From NCBI GenBank assembly GCA_011046085.1, contig DSBK01000103.1:6084-70083 (forward strand): 64,000 nucleotides of DNA. The letters are read 5' to 3'. This document shows, in pieces, positions 8,895 to 18,558 of this stretch. Made by a program: the position numbers and the translations under genes. How positions within the stretch are numbered: position 1 is the first letter of the stretch; every line of letters begins with the position of its first letter. The notes beneath the pieces were generated by a model. That model saw nothing but the letters and a program-made list of their open reading frames with translations. It did no database searches and was not told the DNA's origin. This DNA comes from Actinomycetota bacterium (GTDB lineage Bacteria > Actinomycetota > Aquicultoria > UBA3085 > Oleimmundimicrobiaceae).

Positions 8895-10895
8895 ATGAAA
8901 AGATACACCTTTTTTTTAATGATGACAACCTCTCTCTTTTTCACATTTGCATGCATTTCTTGGGCCGCAAATGAAGCTCAGCTGGGACTCGTCTTCGATA
9001 AACCATTTTATGAACCCAACCAGAGCTTTTCCTTATCGGTTACAATTAAAAACCTTTCAAAAAATAAACTCAGTAACACCAAGGCAATTTTAACAATTGA
9101 GAATCCCGAAAACGGAGAGAAAATTTACGAACGAAAATTTTATCCCGGTAGCATTTTCTCTGAAAAGACCAAGAAATTTAGCCTAAAAAAGGATGTCTCC
9201 AATTTAAACTTATCAGAAGGAGTTTATCCCGTTCAGTTAAGATTTATAAAAGAAAACGAAGTCCTTGTGGAAAAACAAACATTCCTCACCATTTTAGATG
9301 AAGTAAAAATGCCATTGGCCGTGGCGCTCATCTGGAACCTCCATGAAACCGCACACTTTAATCCGCAGGGCATATTCCTGGATAACGAGCTCCAGGTCGC
9401 CTGCGACAAGAAAGGTGTGTGTCAGAAACATTTGGAAGCATTAAACGCACACCCAGCGGTAAATGTTTCGATGAACATAACCCCGCTCTTTGTGGAACAG
9501 CTTCGAGATATAAGTGACGGTTACAAAATTCTTGCCAAAGGAAAAATTAAGAACATAGGGGAGAACTCAAAAGAGGCCCAACGCGCAACCAAAATCCTGG
9601 AAGGATTTGAGAGGGCGATTAAAAATAAGCAGTTGGAACTCATGCCCGCTCCCTATTCCTACCCTCTCTTAAACGAGCTTACAAACGAAGAGTGGGGAGC
9701 AGACGATGCCGACCTTCAGGTGGCTTTAGGCAAGGAAGTAATCATGAAAACATTCCACTTATCTGAAGAACCAAAAGGAATGTTCAGCCCAAATCTAACA
9801 TCAAATTTGAACTCATTGTCGTGTTTAAGAAGCGAAGATATTGAATATACCGTATTAAATAGCAATCTTTTCGGTCCCACCGTAGGTAAATCCGAGGGAT
9901 TAGAAACAAAAGATATCTTCAAGCCATATAGGGTTCAAAACATAAAGGGAGATAGGGTATCCGTTTTATTCGCGGACGAAGAAATCTCAAACTCATTCGT
10001 AAAAAAGGAAGACCCTCACGAAGCGGTACAGCTTTTGGCCGGACAGCTCGCCCAAATTTACTTAAAAGAGCCCTACAAGCAAAAAATCGTGGTGATAGTC
10101 CCCGACAGCCCGGGTTGGCAACCGTCAACGGAACTCCTCGAAAACATCTATCTCTTCCTCGAGGGACCCTGGTTAAACCCAGTAACATTGGATATCGCAT
10201 TTGAGCTGGGTCAAACTCCCAGTCAGCCAATCGAGCTTCTCGAACCAAGAAGAGAAAAGAGCTACCTTCAAGTAAAATACGACGAAAACATAGGGCTTGC
10301 CCACACCGAATTGTCCAATTTCGGGAAAGTGGTTGAAGACGACAATCCCCTATTGAATAAATTGCACAAACAAATTCTCATAGCCGAAGCAAATGATTGG
10401 AGACTATCTGAAAACCCCGTGGTTGCAAACCGAGGTTTGGCTTTTTTAACAAACGTAATTGAAACCATAGACTCCGAACTGGATAAAGTATTCATCGAGC
10501 CCAAGGCGAGATTAAAAAACAATGAGGCACAAATCATCGTGCGCAACCGCTCTGATTATGACTTTAATGTATTTGTAAATCTAAATTCCGGGACAGGAAA
10601 AAGGGTAATTTTAAAGCCAGAGAAAAACCTAGTTAATCTCCCGCTTGATAATCAAAAAAGCTATGCCTATCGGCAGGCAGGCGGACAAAAAATTAAAGTT
10701 TTTATCAATAATGGCGATAAAAATATAAAAGAGGCAAGTGTAACGCTTTTTGGGGAGCAATCTTCCAAGAAAACTTGGTATGTGGCCTTAATTGGAAGCT
10801 TTGCTCTAATAATCCTTACAAGCGCAGCCATAATCTGGTTTTTCAATAGAAGAAAGGTGAAAAATCATGAGAGAACTGCTCGGAAGCGCCCTTAA
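8895..10895 (+). CDS. Exported protein with signal peptide and C-terminal TM anchor; function unknown (possible Ig-like N-terminal domain plus carbohydrate-active-like core)
   Basis: N-terminal signal peptide (MKRYTFFLMMTTSLFFTFACISWAA) and a C-terminal hydrophobic helix followed by RRKVKNHERTARKRP; the central ALIWNLHETAHFNP resembles the N-terminal motif of GH57/polysaccharide-deacetylase-like folds, but this is weak. Confidence 0.45.
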   Translation: MKRYTFFLMMTTSLFFTFACISWAANEAQLGLVFDKPFYEPNQSFSLSVTIKNLSKNKLSNTKAILTIENPENGEKIYERKFYPGSIFSEKTKKFSLKKDVSNLNLSEGVYPVQLRFIKENEVLVEKQTFLTILDEVKMPLAVALIWNLHETAHFNPQGIFLDNELQVACDKKGVCQKHLEALNAHPAVNVSMNITPLFVEQLRDISDGYKILAKGKIKNIGENSKEAQRATKILEGFERAIKNKQLELMPAPYSYPLLNELTNEEWGADDADLQVALGKEVIMKTFHLSEEPKGMFSPNLTSNLNSLSCLRSEDIEYTVLNSNLFGPTVGKSEGLETKDIFKPYRVQNIKGDRVSVLFADEEISNSFVKKEDPHEAVQLLAGQLAQIYLKEPYKQKIVVIVPDSPGWQPSTELLENIYLFLEGPWLNPVTLDIAFELGQTPSQPIELLEPRREKSYLQVKYDENIGLAHTELSNFGKVVEDDNPLLNKLHKQILIAEANDWRLSENPVVANRGLAFLTNVIETIDSELDKVFIEPKARLKNNEAQIIVRNRSDYDFNVFVNLNSGTGKRVILKPEKNLVNLPLDNQKSYAYRQAGGQKIKVFINNGDKNIKEASVTLFGEQSSKKTWYVALIGSFALIILTSAAIIWFFNRRKVKNHERTARKRP

Positions 10896-11232
10896 AATAA
10901 TTCTAATCGTCGTGATCGCATTCGTCATCATGAATGACGTCGGCATAGTCATAACAAGCTACTGGCATAGCTCAAGAACAGCAGCTGATATCGCGAATGC
11001 GGCGGCGATCAACTACAAGCTAACCGGCTCAGCTGAACAAGCTCAAGCGACAGCCAAAGACTGGGCCGATCAAAAGGGGGTTGAGATAACCGATTTAAAA
11101 GTAGAAGAAGGCACTTTGACAGCATCTATTAAAATACCGTCAAAAAGAACTTACATAATTCGCCACATTAAATTCCTGGAAAATATTCTCCCCACAAAAA
11201 AAACCGTAAGCATCGATATCCCAACCTCATAA
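10867..11232 (+). CDS. Small membrane-anchored hypothetical protein
   Basis: One N-terminal TM helix; overlaps the upstream gene by 29 nt; no recognisable domain. Confidence 0.4.
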   Translation: MRELLGSALKIILIVVIAFVIMNDVGIVITSYWHSSRTAADIANAAAINYKLTGSAEQAQATAKDWADQKGVEITDLKVEEGTLTASIKIPSKRTYIIRHIKFLENILPTKKTVSIDIPTS

Positions 11233-11325
11233 AAATTTCAAATTTAAAAAAGGAGTTTTTCTTCCTTTCTGCAAATAATAAATGTAAGTACACAATTAGA
11301 TATAAGGTTACGCGGAGGGGCGCCA

Positions 11326-12540
11326 ATGAAAGACTTAAACAAAAATTTAAATCCATCTGACCATTTTATTATTTCTTTTGAAAATGAAGTTCTCACCAAA
11401 TGTATCGGCTGCGCCAAGTGCTTGAAAGAATGCGAGATTATCAAGTTCAGCAAATTCGCCAATGCCGATTTAAGGGAACTGCAAAAAAAGCGGCTCGATT
11501 TTCTAATAAGCGGGACTTTGTCGAACGATGTGTACGAGAGCGCTTATCTTTGCATGCATTGCCATTCGTGCGAAATTTCCTGCCCCGTTGACCTAAACAC
11601 ATCTGCCATAAATGAACTAATCAAAGCCAGGCTAAAGGAGCGCGGAAAAGCCGCTCCGTTTGCCTTAAAGCTTTCAGTTCCCACAGACAAGTTAAATGCC
11701 TTCGGAATTCTTTCAAAAGTAATGTTCAATAAGAATGAAATGATCTGGCTAAACGAAGTCCCCGACGTTGATGTGGCCGTTTTTTTGGGATGCCTCTACC
11801 CGATAGTTGCAGATAAGGTCCTGGCCTCTTTTGATATTTTAGATGAATTAGGGGTAAAATTTGCCGCCCTTTCCGGTGGCGCCAATTATTGCTGTGGAGC
11901 TCTCGACTCGATGTCCGGAAACGCAAAAGAGGCAAGAGAAAGAGCTATAAATCTCGCCATGGCCCTCGACAAGCTCTCGCCACGAGGGACCATCCTTTGG
12001 TGCTCCACATGTTATCAACGATTAACCGAAATCAGCAAAGAAGAAAATTTGCCTTTCAAATGTCAGCACATAATCCCGTTTCTAAGAGATAATTTGGAGA
12101 GAATCAACTTTAAAAAGACGATAGATAAGAAGATTACCATCCATGATCCATGTCATCTGGGCAGAGGAGCCGGCAAATACGATAGCATTCGCGAGCTGCT
12201 TGGAGCAATCCCAGGCGTTGAAATCGTTGAGATGAAACACACAAAAGAAAAGGCGCTTTGTTGCGGTGGAGCCGCTTTATTCTCTAAGCCACGCGTCGCA
12301 AAAAATATGACGAAACAACGAATGGTGGAGGCGCAAAACACCGGAGCCGACATTCTCGCAAGCATGTGCGCGGGGTGTCACATGGCCTTCTGCGAAACCG
12401 AAGATAAATATTCGTTTGAAGTCCAAAATGTAATCGGGGTTCTCGCTGAGGCAATGGGGATAGAGTATGAAGATAGACTGAAGAACCATTCGGGCATCTT
12501 AAAAAGAGCTATGGGGATGCTTAGAACCTTCTGCCGTTAG
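11326..12540 (+). CDS. HdrD/GlpC-like iron-sulfur oxidoreductase (2x[4Fe-4S] ferredoxin plus two CCG domains)
   Basis: CIGCAKCLKECEI and CMHCHSCEISCPV ferredoxin motifs, then two cysteine-rich CCG domains (GCLYP...CCG...; CHLGRG...CCGG). Confidence 0.75.
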   Translation: MKDLNKNLNPSDHFIISFENEVLTKCIGCAKCLKECEIIKFSKFANADLRELQKKRLDFLISGTLSNDVYESAYLCMHCHSCEISCPVDLNTSAINELIKARLKERGKAAPFALKLSVPTDKLNAFGILSKVMFNKNEMIWLNEVPDVDVAVFLGCLYPIVADKVLASFDILDELGVKFAALSGGANYCCGALDSMSGNAKEARERAINLAMALDKLSPRGTILWCSTCYQRLTEISKEENLPFKCQHIIPFLRDNLERINFKKTIDKKITIHDPCHLGRGAGKYDSIRELLGAIPGVEIVEMKHTKEKALCCGGAALFSKPRVAKNMTKQRMVEAQNTGADILASMCAGCHMAFCETEDKYSFEVQNVIGVLAEAMGIEYEDRLKNHSGILKRAMGMLRTFCR

Positions 12541-12552
12541 CTCGAGGAAAAC

Positions 12553-13065
12553 ATGAAAAAATTAGATGGATATGAAAGTTTCCCGGTTTGGATTGTTTTG
12601 CTTGCAAATTCCTTAATGATTTTGATATATGGTCTCGGATTCTACCTCCTATCCAAAATAAGCATCTGGATAGGCATCCTTTACCTGTTATATTGTCTCT
12701 GGGTTGAATTTATGATTTTAAAAAGAAGCTGTATAGATTGTTACTATTACGATAAACTTTGCGGACTCGGTAAGGGCAAGGTTGCCCTTCTTTTCTTTAA
12801 GAAAGGCGACCCCAAAAAATTTGCTGAAAAGGAGCTTGTCTGGTATACGCTTATTCCAGATTTCATGGTAAACATATTTCCAATTGCCGGCGGAATAATT
12901 ATTTTGGTAAAGGACTTTTCCTGGCCTCTTTTAGCGATCCTCGCAATTTTTATAATCATCTCCTTTGGCGGAACCGCAGTTATCAGAGGACAATTTGCCT
13001 GCAAATATTGCAAACAAAAGGAAGTCGGTTGCCCGGCTGCAGAAATGTTTGAAAAGAAAGAGTGA
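12553..13065 (+). CDS. Cys-rich integral membrane protein (4 TM), possible membrane partner of the HdrD-like protein
   Basis: Four hydrophobic helices; CIDCYYYDKLCG and CKYCKQKEVGCP motifs; 13 nt downstream of the HdrD-like gene. Confidence 0.45.
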   Translation: MKKLDGYESFPVWIVLLANSLMILIYGLGFYLLSKISIWIGILYLLYCLWVEFMILKRSCIDCYYYDKLCGLGKGKVALLFFKKGDPKKFAEKELVWYTLIPDFMVNIFPIAGGIIILVKDFSWPLLAILAIFIIISFGGTAVIRGQFACKYCKQKEVGCPAAEMFEKKE

Positions 13066-13403
13066 GAGAGAACATAATAAAAACGGATATAGGAGGAAAA
13101 GTGGAGGAAAAGAAAAAGATAACCGAGGAGCCGAAACTTGAGGATATCATCGCTGAGTTGAAAGTGATGGGGGCTCAATTGAAGGATGCGTTTAAGACAA
13201 CGGTTGAGAGCGAAAAAGCAAAAAAAATGAGAGCACAGGTTGCGGATGGCTTCGATAGCTTAACCGATGCCTTCGATAAGTTCATAAAAGATGCAAAGAG
13301 CGGCCAGCTTGAAAAGGACATAAAGAAAGGCCTCCGCGACAGCATAAAGGTCATAAACGAGAAGCTTAAACAATATTCTGAGGCAAGAAAGGAAGAAGAA
13401 TAA
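13062..13403 (+). CDS. Lys/Glu-rich predicted coiled-coil protein
   Basis: Low-complexity charged sequence; 4 nt overlap with the upstream gene. Confidence 0.35.
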   Translation: MRENIIKTDIGGKVEEKKKITEEPKLEDIIAELKVMGAQLKDAFKTTVESEKAKKMRAQVADGFDSLTDAFDKFIKDAKSGQLEKDIKKGLRDSIKVINEKLKQYSEARKEEE

Positions 13404-13500
13404 AAATTTTCTTTTGCAAGCTAAACGGCTAAAAATTTCACCTAACGGAACGAGAACAAAAGAAGTTTATGGAGCGTAGTGGAGAAAATATAGAAAAGTC

Positions 13501-13530
13501 AAGCGCAAAGTGGCTTGCGCACATTTTTTA
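13501..13530 (+). terminator. Rho-independent terminator after the HdrD-like operon
   Basis: GCGCAA-agtggc-TTGCGC hairpin followed by ACATTTTTT. Confidence 0.5.
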
Positions 13531-13649
13531 CCTTTCATTTTGCTTTCCCACGCAACTTTTATTGTTAATTGCTAAACAAATTTTTTCCGTTTTGGACGAA
13601 GGTCAAAGGAAGAATTAGGGGGTAAATACCCAAAGCTCAAAACACCTTA

Positions 13650-14873
13650 TTACTCGTTGCTAATAAAGATATCGACGTATTCTTTATATATGAAGGACTG
13701 GCCGTATTTTTTATCTTTATCTTTGGGCGATAGAATTTCCATTTTAATAAATCGGTCAATGACAGTTTGTGCTCCAGCACGCGTAAATCCTGTCCAAGTT
13801 TGAATAACATTATTATTTACAATTGGCTGGCTGTAAAGTTTCGGCAAAATAATGGCGGCGCTTTCTGAAGCACGTTTTCCTAGTTTTTGAATTTTTGTCA
13901 TATCTCTTTCTCGCAGTAATGTTATTTTATCTACAATATCAATAGCTTCATTGGAAATTTCAATCACGCCGTCAAGAAAAAAATCAATCCAATCAGACAC
14001 ATTTCCGTTGTGATATCCAAATAATTTTTCGTAATAGAGTTTTTGATATTTTTTAAAGAAAGACGATAAAAACAAGACGGGCCTTTCTAGGTAGCCTTCT
14101 TTCCAAAGATAAAAGGTGATTAACATTCTGCCAGTCCTACCATTACCGTCTAAGAACGGGTGGATTGTCTCGAATTGCGCATGGATTATTCCTGCCTTAA
14201 TTATGGTTGGTATAGTGTCATCAGTATGTATAAATTTTTCAAGATCGTTGAGCGCTCTTCGCATATCATCAACGGGCGGAGGTACAAAACTGGCGTTATC
14301 CGGACGAGTACCACCAATCCAATTTTGTGTTTTGCGAAATTGGCCTGGATCAGGAAAATGAGTAGAACGCGCTTTGTCCATAAGTTGTTCGTGTAATTCT
14401 CGTATAAATCGAAGTGCCATCGGAAAATTATCCGTTGTTACTCTTTTTATCCCGTAATTAAGCGCTTTGATGTAGCGCAATATATCGTTAACGTCTTCCG
14501 GTATGTTTGTTTTTATTTTTATTTCAGCTTCAATGGCATTAATCATTGTCGCCATTGTGCCCTCGATTTGGCTCGAAGAAGCAGCATCTTTTCTTAGATA
14601 CATTAAAAGAAAAAAATCGGCATCAGGCAGAAATTTTGTAATGCCATCAAGCTTGCCGAGTAATCGAGTTGCCTTGTCGTTATTCTTTAAAGTTTTTGGA
14701 TCAAAATCAAAACCTTTCTTCGGTGGAAAAGGATTTGGAATGAAGGCTTTAAATCCATCTTTTTGTTCAATGTTTGTGCCAATTTTAATATTTTTCATAG
14801 TTTGTTTACATCTTTTACATAATGTATACAAAGTATATCGGTTTGTATCTATTGTGTCAACGAATGTATGCAA
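13650..14873 (-). CDS. Fic-family protein (class II, auto-inhibited; AMPylase-type) with C-terminal wHTH-like domain
   Basis: Canonical Fic motif HPFLDGNGRTGR (in ...HPFLDGNGRTGRMLITFYL); N-terminal inhibitory motif SSQIEG (S-x-x-x-E-G); lies in a visibly AT-rich islet flanked by non-coding DNA. Confidence 0.9.
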   Translation of the reverse strand: MHTFVDTIDTNRYTLYTLCKRCKQTMKNIKIGTNIEQKDGFKAFIPNPFPPKKGFDFDPKTLKNNDKATRLLGKLDGITKFLPDADFFLLMYLRKDAASSSQIEGTMATMINAIEAEIKIKTNIPEDVNDILRYIKALNYGIKRVTTDNFPMALRFIRELHEQLMDKARSTHFPDPGQFRKTQNWIGGTRPDNASFVPPPVDDMRRALNDLEKFIHTDDTIPTIIKAGIIHAQFETIHPFLDGNGRTGRMLITFYLWKEGYLERPVLFLSSFFKKYQKLYYEKLFGYHNGNVSDWIDFFLDGVIEISNEAIDIVDKITLLRERDMTKIQKLGKRASESAAIILPKLYSQPIVNNNVIQTWTGFTRAGAQTVIDRFIKMEILSPKDKDKKYGQSFIYKEYVDIFISNE

Positions 14874-15295
14874 AGTTTACTTCGTTATTTTTTCACATTT
14901 ACGATATATACATCATATTTACCAAACATTTGTTCGATTATCAAGAGCTCTTACCAATCCTTATAAATTTTTCATAAATATGTTACCCTCCCCTATCCTC
15001 CAATCCTAATGTAACTCCCTTCAAAAAAATAGCTTTTAGACAATGACGAATAGCTATTTTTGCTATAAACACTCCTTAACTGAAAACGTTTTCAGTTTTA
15101 GACAAAATTATGGCATACTACCAGCCAAATATCACATTTTAACCAACGCAAAAGTTCCTTTAACCCAAAAAACTTCTTTTGGAAAAAACAAAAAAGTACA
15201 ATATATTGAGTCTGTTTATGCAAATATGCCCATATATTGTGGATAACGCTGTGGGAATGGGGAAAACTAAAGAAATTCGGGAATCTATTAGTCGA

Positions 15296-15400
15296 AAGTG
15301 GGGAGATTTTTAGTTCGTTATTCATTGTTCGTAGTTCATAGCTCATTGCTCTGTCATAAGCTTTAAGCTATCTGCTATCTGCTATCTGCCATCGGTTATT
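15296..15400. repeat. Intergenic repeat element, copy 1 (heptad CTATCTG-type direct repeats plus TAGTTCG core)
   Basis: ...tagttcgttattcattgttcgtagttcatagctc...gctatctgctatctgctatctgccatcggttatttgctg; related to the elements at 22600, 25375, 31555, 51620 and 56760. Confidence 0.6.
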
Positions 15401-15409
15401 TGCTGTAAA

Positions 15410-18097
15410 TTACGCTCTCTCAACTCGCACTGCGCACACTTTAAGCTCGGGTATCTTCGATACCGGGTCGAGCGCAGAGTTGGTAAGCATATTTACCGGA
15501 GCTTCTTTGAAATGGAAGGGCACAAACACGGTTCCTTTTGGAACACGCGGAGCAACACATGCTTTAATTTCAACTTTCCCTCGCCGTGAGATGAGTTCGA
15601 CCCAATCATCGTCTTTTATATTAAGCTTTTTAGCATCTTCGGGGTTTATCTCAACCCTGGCCTCCCTGCAGACCTCGTCGAGCCCCATTGAATGTCTGGT
15701 CATCGTGCCAGTGTGATAGTGATACAAGAGTCTTCCAGTAGTTAAAACGAATGGATACTCTTTGTCCGTTTCCTCCGCAGGCGGCTTGTATTCAACCGCG
15801 TGAAATTTGCCCAACCCTCTTGTAAATTTCTCGGCGTGAAGAATTGGCGTTCCTGGATGCGTTGCGTCTGGGCATGGCCATTGAACGCTTTCTTTGCTCA
15901 CCCTCTCAAATGTTATTCCTCCATATGTGGGAGTGATGCTCGCAATCTCATTGGTAATTTCACCGACCGTCTCGTAATTCATCTCATAACCCATGACCTT
16001 CGCCAAATCGGAGATTATTAACCAATCGGGCCTGGAATTGCCAACTGGCGCAATGGCTCTTCTTACTATCTGAACTCTTCTTTCAGTATTGGTAAATGTT
16101 CCGTCTTTTTCAGCAAAAGAGACACCGGGTAGAACAACATCGGCAAGCTCAGCGGTCTCGGTTAAAAATATATCCTGAACGACTAAGAAATCCAACTTTT
16201 CAAAGGCTTCTTTCACGTGATTTAAATCGGGATCTGAGAGCATGGGGTTTTCGCCCATAATATACATGGCTTTGACCTCGCCACGCAAAACGGCATCCGT
16301 CATCTCGGTAACACTTAAACCGCCTTTTTCTGGAAGTTTCGCTCCCCAAATATCTTTGCACTTCTCAATAATCCCCAAATCGCAGACATTTTGATAACCG
16401 CTTACGCAACCGGGAAGCGCGCCCATATCACAGGCACCCTGAACGTTGTTCTGTCCCCTCAGCGGATTAACGCCCGCTCCAGGCCTTCCGATGTTTCCGG
16501 TAAGCATTGCCAGATTAGCAATGGAGAGAACGTTGTTCGTGCCCGTGGTGTGCTGGGTTATTCCCATACAGTAAAAGATTGCCCCGTTTTTAGCCGCAGC
16601 AAAGAGCCGCGCCGCCTTCCTTAAAGAATCGGCCGGTATGCCCGAAACATTCTCAACTTTCTCAGGCGTATATTTAATAACTGTTTTCTTTAATTCTTCA
16701 TAATCTTCCGTTCGTTTATTGATAAAGTCCTTATCTTCCAAGCCCTCCTCAATTATCACGTTCATGAGCCCGTTTAAAACAGCGACATCTGTTCCTGGTT
16801 TTTGAGAGAGCCACATATCGGTGTATTCTGTTAGCCGAATTTTTCGAGGATCAATTACAATTAATTTCGCTTTAAAATCATATACCGCTCTCTTCATCTC
16901 AAGAGCAACTATCGGATGATTTTCGGTGGTATTTGATCCGATAACGAGCATTACATCAGCTTTAACTATGTCATCAAGGGAGTTTGTCATCGCTCCGCTT
17001 CCAAACGCTTTGACCAGACCGGCCACAGTTGGAGCGTGTCACAAACGGGCACAATGGTCGATATTGTTTGTGCCAATCACCGCCCTCATAAATTTCTGCA
17101 TCAAATAATTTTCTTCATTGGTGCACTTTGCCGAGGAAAGACCCGCAATTGCATCTGAGCCATGTTTCTTTTTTATCTTTGAAAACTTGTCTGCAACGGT
17201 TTTAATTGCCTCATCCCACGAAGTCTCAACAAGCTCCCCGTTTTTTCGAACCAAGGGCGAGGTGAGTCTGTTGGGGTGATTTACGAAATCATAACCAAAC
17301 CTACCCTTTGCACAAGCATTTCCTTTATTGATACCACTCTCAACATCGGTTGAAACACGAACAATTTCGCCGTTTTTAATTTGGATTTCTAGCTCACAGC
17401 CACATCCGCAATAAGGACAGATGGTCTTCACTTTTTCTATTTCCCAGATTCTTCCCTTATATCTGCTCATCTTTTCAGTTAAAGCTCCTGTGGGGCAGGT
17501 GGATACACACTGCCCGCAAAGCTCGCACTTGGTTTCGATGAGCGACCTGTCATAAGGAGTTGTAACTATGGCATCGAAACCTCGGTTAGCAAAGGTATAG
17601 ATGCTGTTTTGCTGAACCTCCTCACAGATACGAACGCAACGGCCACAACTTATACATTTATTTAAGTCCCTTTCAATCAAAGGATTGTAATCTTCGATGG
17701 TATAGGTATGTTTTTCCCCTTCAAAACGGTTCTCTTCTATCCCCAGTTCATAAGCTAAATCTTGAAGTTGGCACTGCCCCGCGCTCTCACAGGTCACACA
17801 GCTTAACTCATGATCGGAAAGCAGTAATTCAACAATGGTTCTTCTGATTTCATAAAGCGGAACCGTATTGGTCTTTACAACCATGCCATCGATGACTTCG
17901 GTCGCACAGGCTGGCAGAAAAGTTCTTGCTCCTTCAACTTCAACGAGGCAAACTCGACAGGCTCCATACGGTTTAAGCCGCGGGTCATGGCAGAGCGTTG
18001 GAATTTTTATCCTATTTTCGCCGGCTACCTCAAGTATGGTTTTGCCGGGTTCGGTTTCAATTTTTCTATCATTTATGACCAAGTTAATCTTCGCCAT
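15410..18097 (-). CDS. fdhA: Selenocysteine-containing formate dehydrogenase catalytic subunit (FdhA; N-terminal 2Fe-2S/4Fe-4S domains plus Mo-bisPGD domain), one gene with an in-frame UGA at 17039-17041
   Basis: ORFs 17039-18097 and 15410-17026 are in the same frame. Reading through the TGA gives ...NNIDHCARL-U-HAPTVAGLVKAF..., the canonical Sec motif of FdhF/FdhA (E. coli ...RVUHGPSVAGL). The C-terminal part carries the molybdopterin dinucleotide-binding domain. Confidence 0.85.
16986..17038 (-). promoter_or_regulatory. SECIS-like hairpin immediately 3' of the fdhA UGA
   Basis: mRNA: UGA CACGCUCC AACUGUGGCC GGUCU GGUCAAAGCGUUUGGAAGCGGAGCG. The lower stem is CGCUCC/GGAGCG and the upper stem is GGCC/GGUC with a GGUCU apical loop, closely resembling the E. 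coli fdhF SECIS (UGCA-GGUCU-GCA) at the same distance from the UGA. Confidence 0.55.
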
Positions 18098-18108
18098 GCT
18101 TCCTCCGT

Positions 18109-18537
18109 TTACTTTTCTTTCTTCTTGGCGACCCTTGCTCCAAGCTCAATTAAGATACAGTCGATAAAATCCTTAACAAAGTTCGCTATGTCTGATATGG
18201 AAAGAATTCCCACAACTTTGCCATCGACGACAACCGGCAGATATCTTATCTCAAGTTCTTCCAATAATTTAGCCGCCTTTGCCGCTTCCATTTCGGGAGG
18301 AACAGAAACGACGCTCTCATGCATGATGCCGCCTACTTTTACCTCTCGAGCATTTAATCCAGAGGCAACAATCTCTGTGACTATCATTCTGTCAGTAACT
18401 ATTCCAAGAAGTTTTTTGTCAACGAGAACAAGAAGCGAACCGACCTTTTTTGTCCTCATAATTTTTGCCGCTTCTTCCGCCGTGGCATCAGGCGAAATTG
18501 AAACGGGATCCTCGGTCATTATGTCTTTAACGATCAT
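18109..18537 (-). CDS. CBS-domain pair protein
   Basis: Two CBS motifs (IMTEDPVSISPD...; HESVVSVPPEM...). Confidence 0.8.
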   Translation of the reverse strand: MIVKDIMTEDPVSISPDATAEEAAKIMRTKKVGSLLVLVDKKLLGIVTDRMIVTEIVASGLNAREVKVGGIMHESVVSVPPEMEAAKAAKLLEELEIRYLPVVVDGKVVGILSISDIANFVKDFIDCILIELGARVAKKKEK

Positions 18538-18558
18538 TGAAAGCTCCTTTCATAAAAC

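Noticed and set aside
15296-15400. CRISPR array interpretation of the short tandem CTATCTG repeats
   Set aside because: The units are 7-8 nt, contiguous, without spacers, and no cas genes are present.
17026-17039. Apparent gene boundary between two formate-dehydrogenase ORFs
   Set aside because: Same frame, separated only by TGA; read-through yields the canonical CARLUHAPTVAGL Sec motif, so it is one gene, not two.
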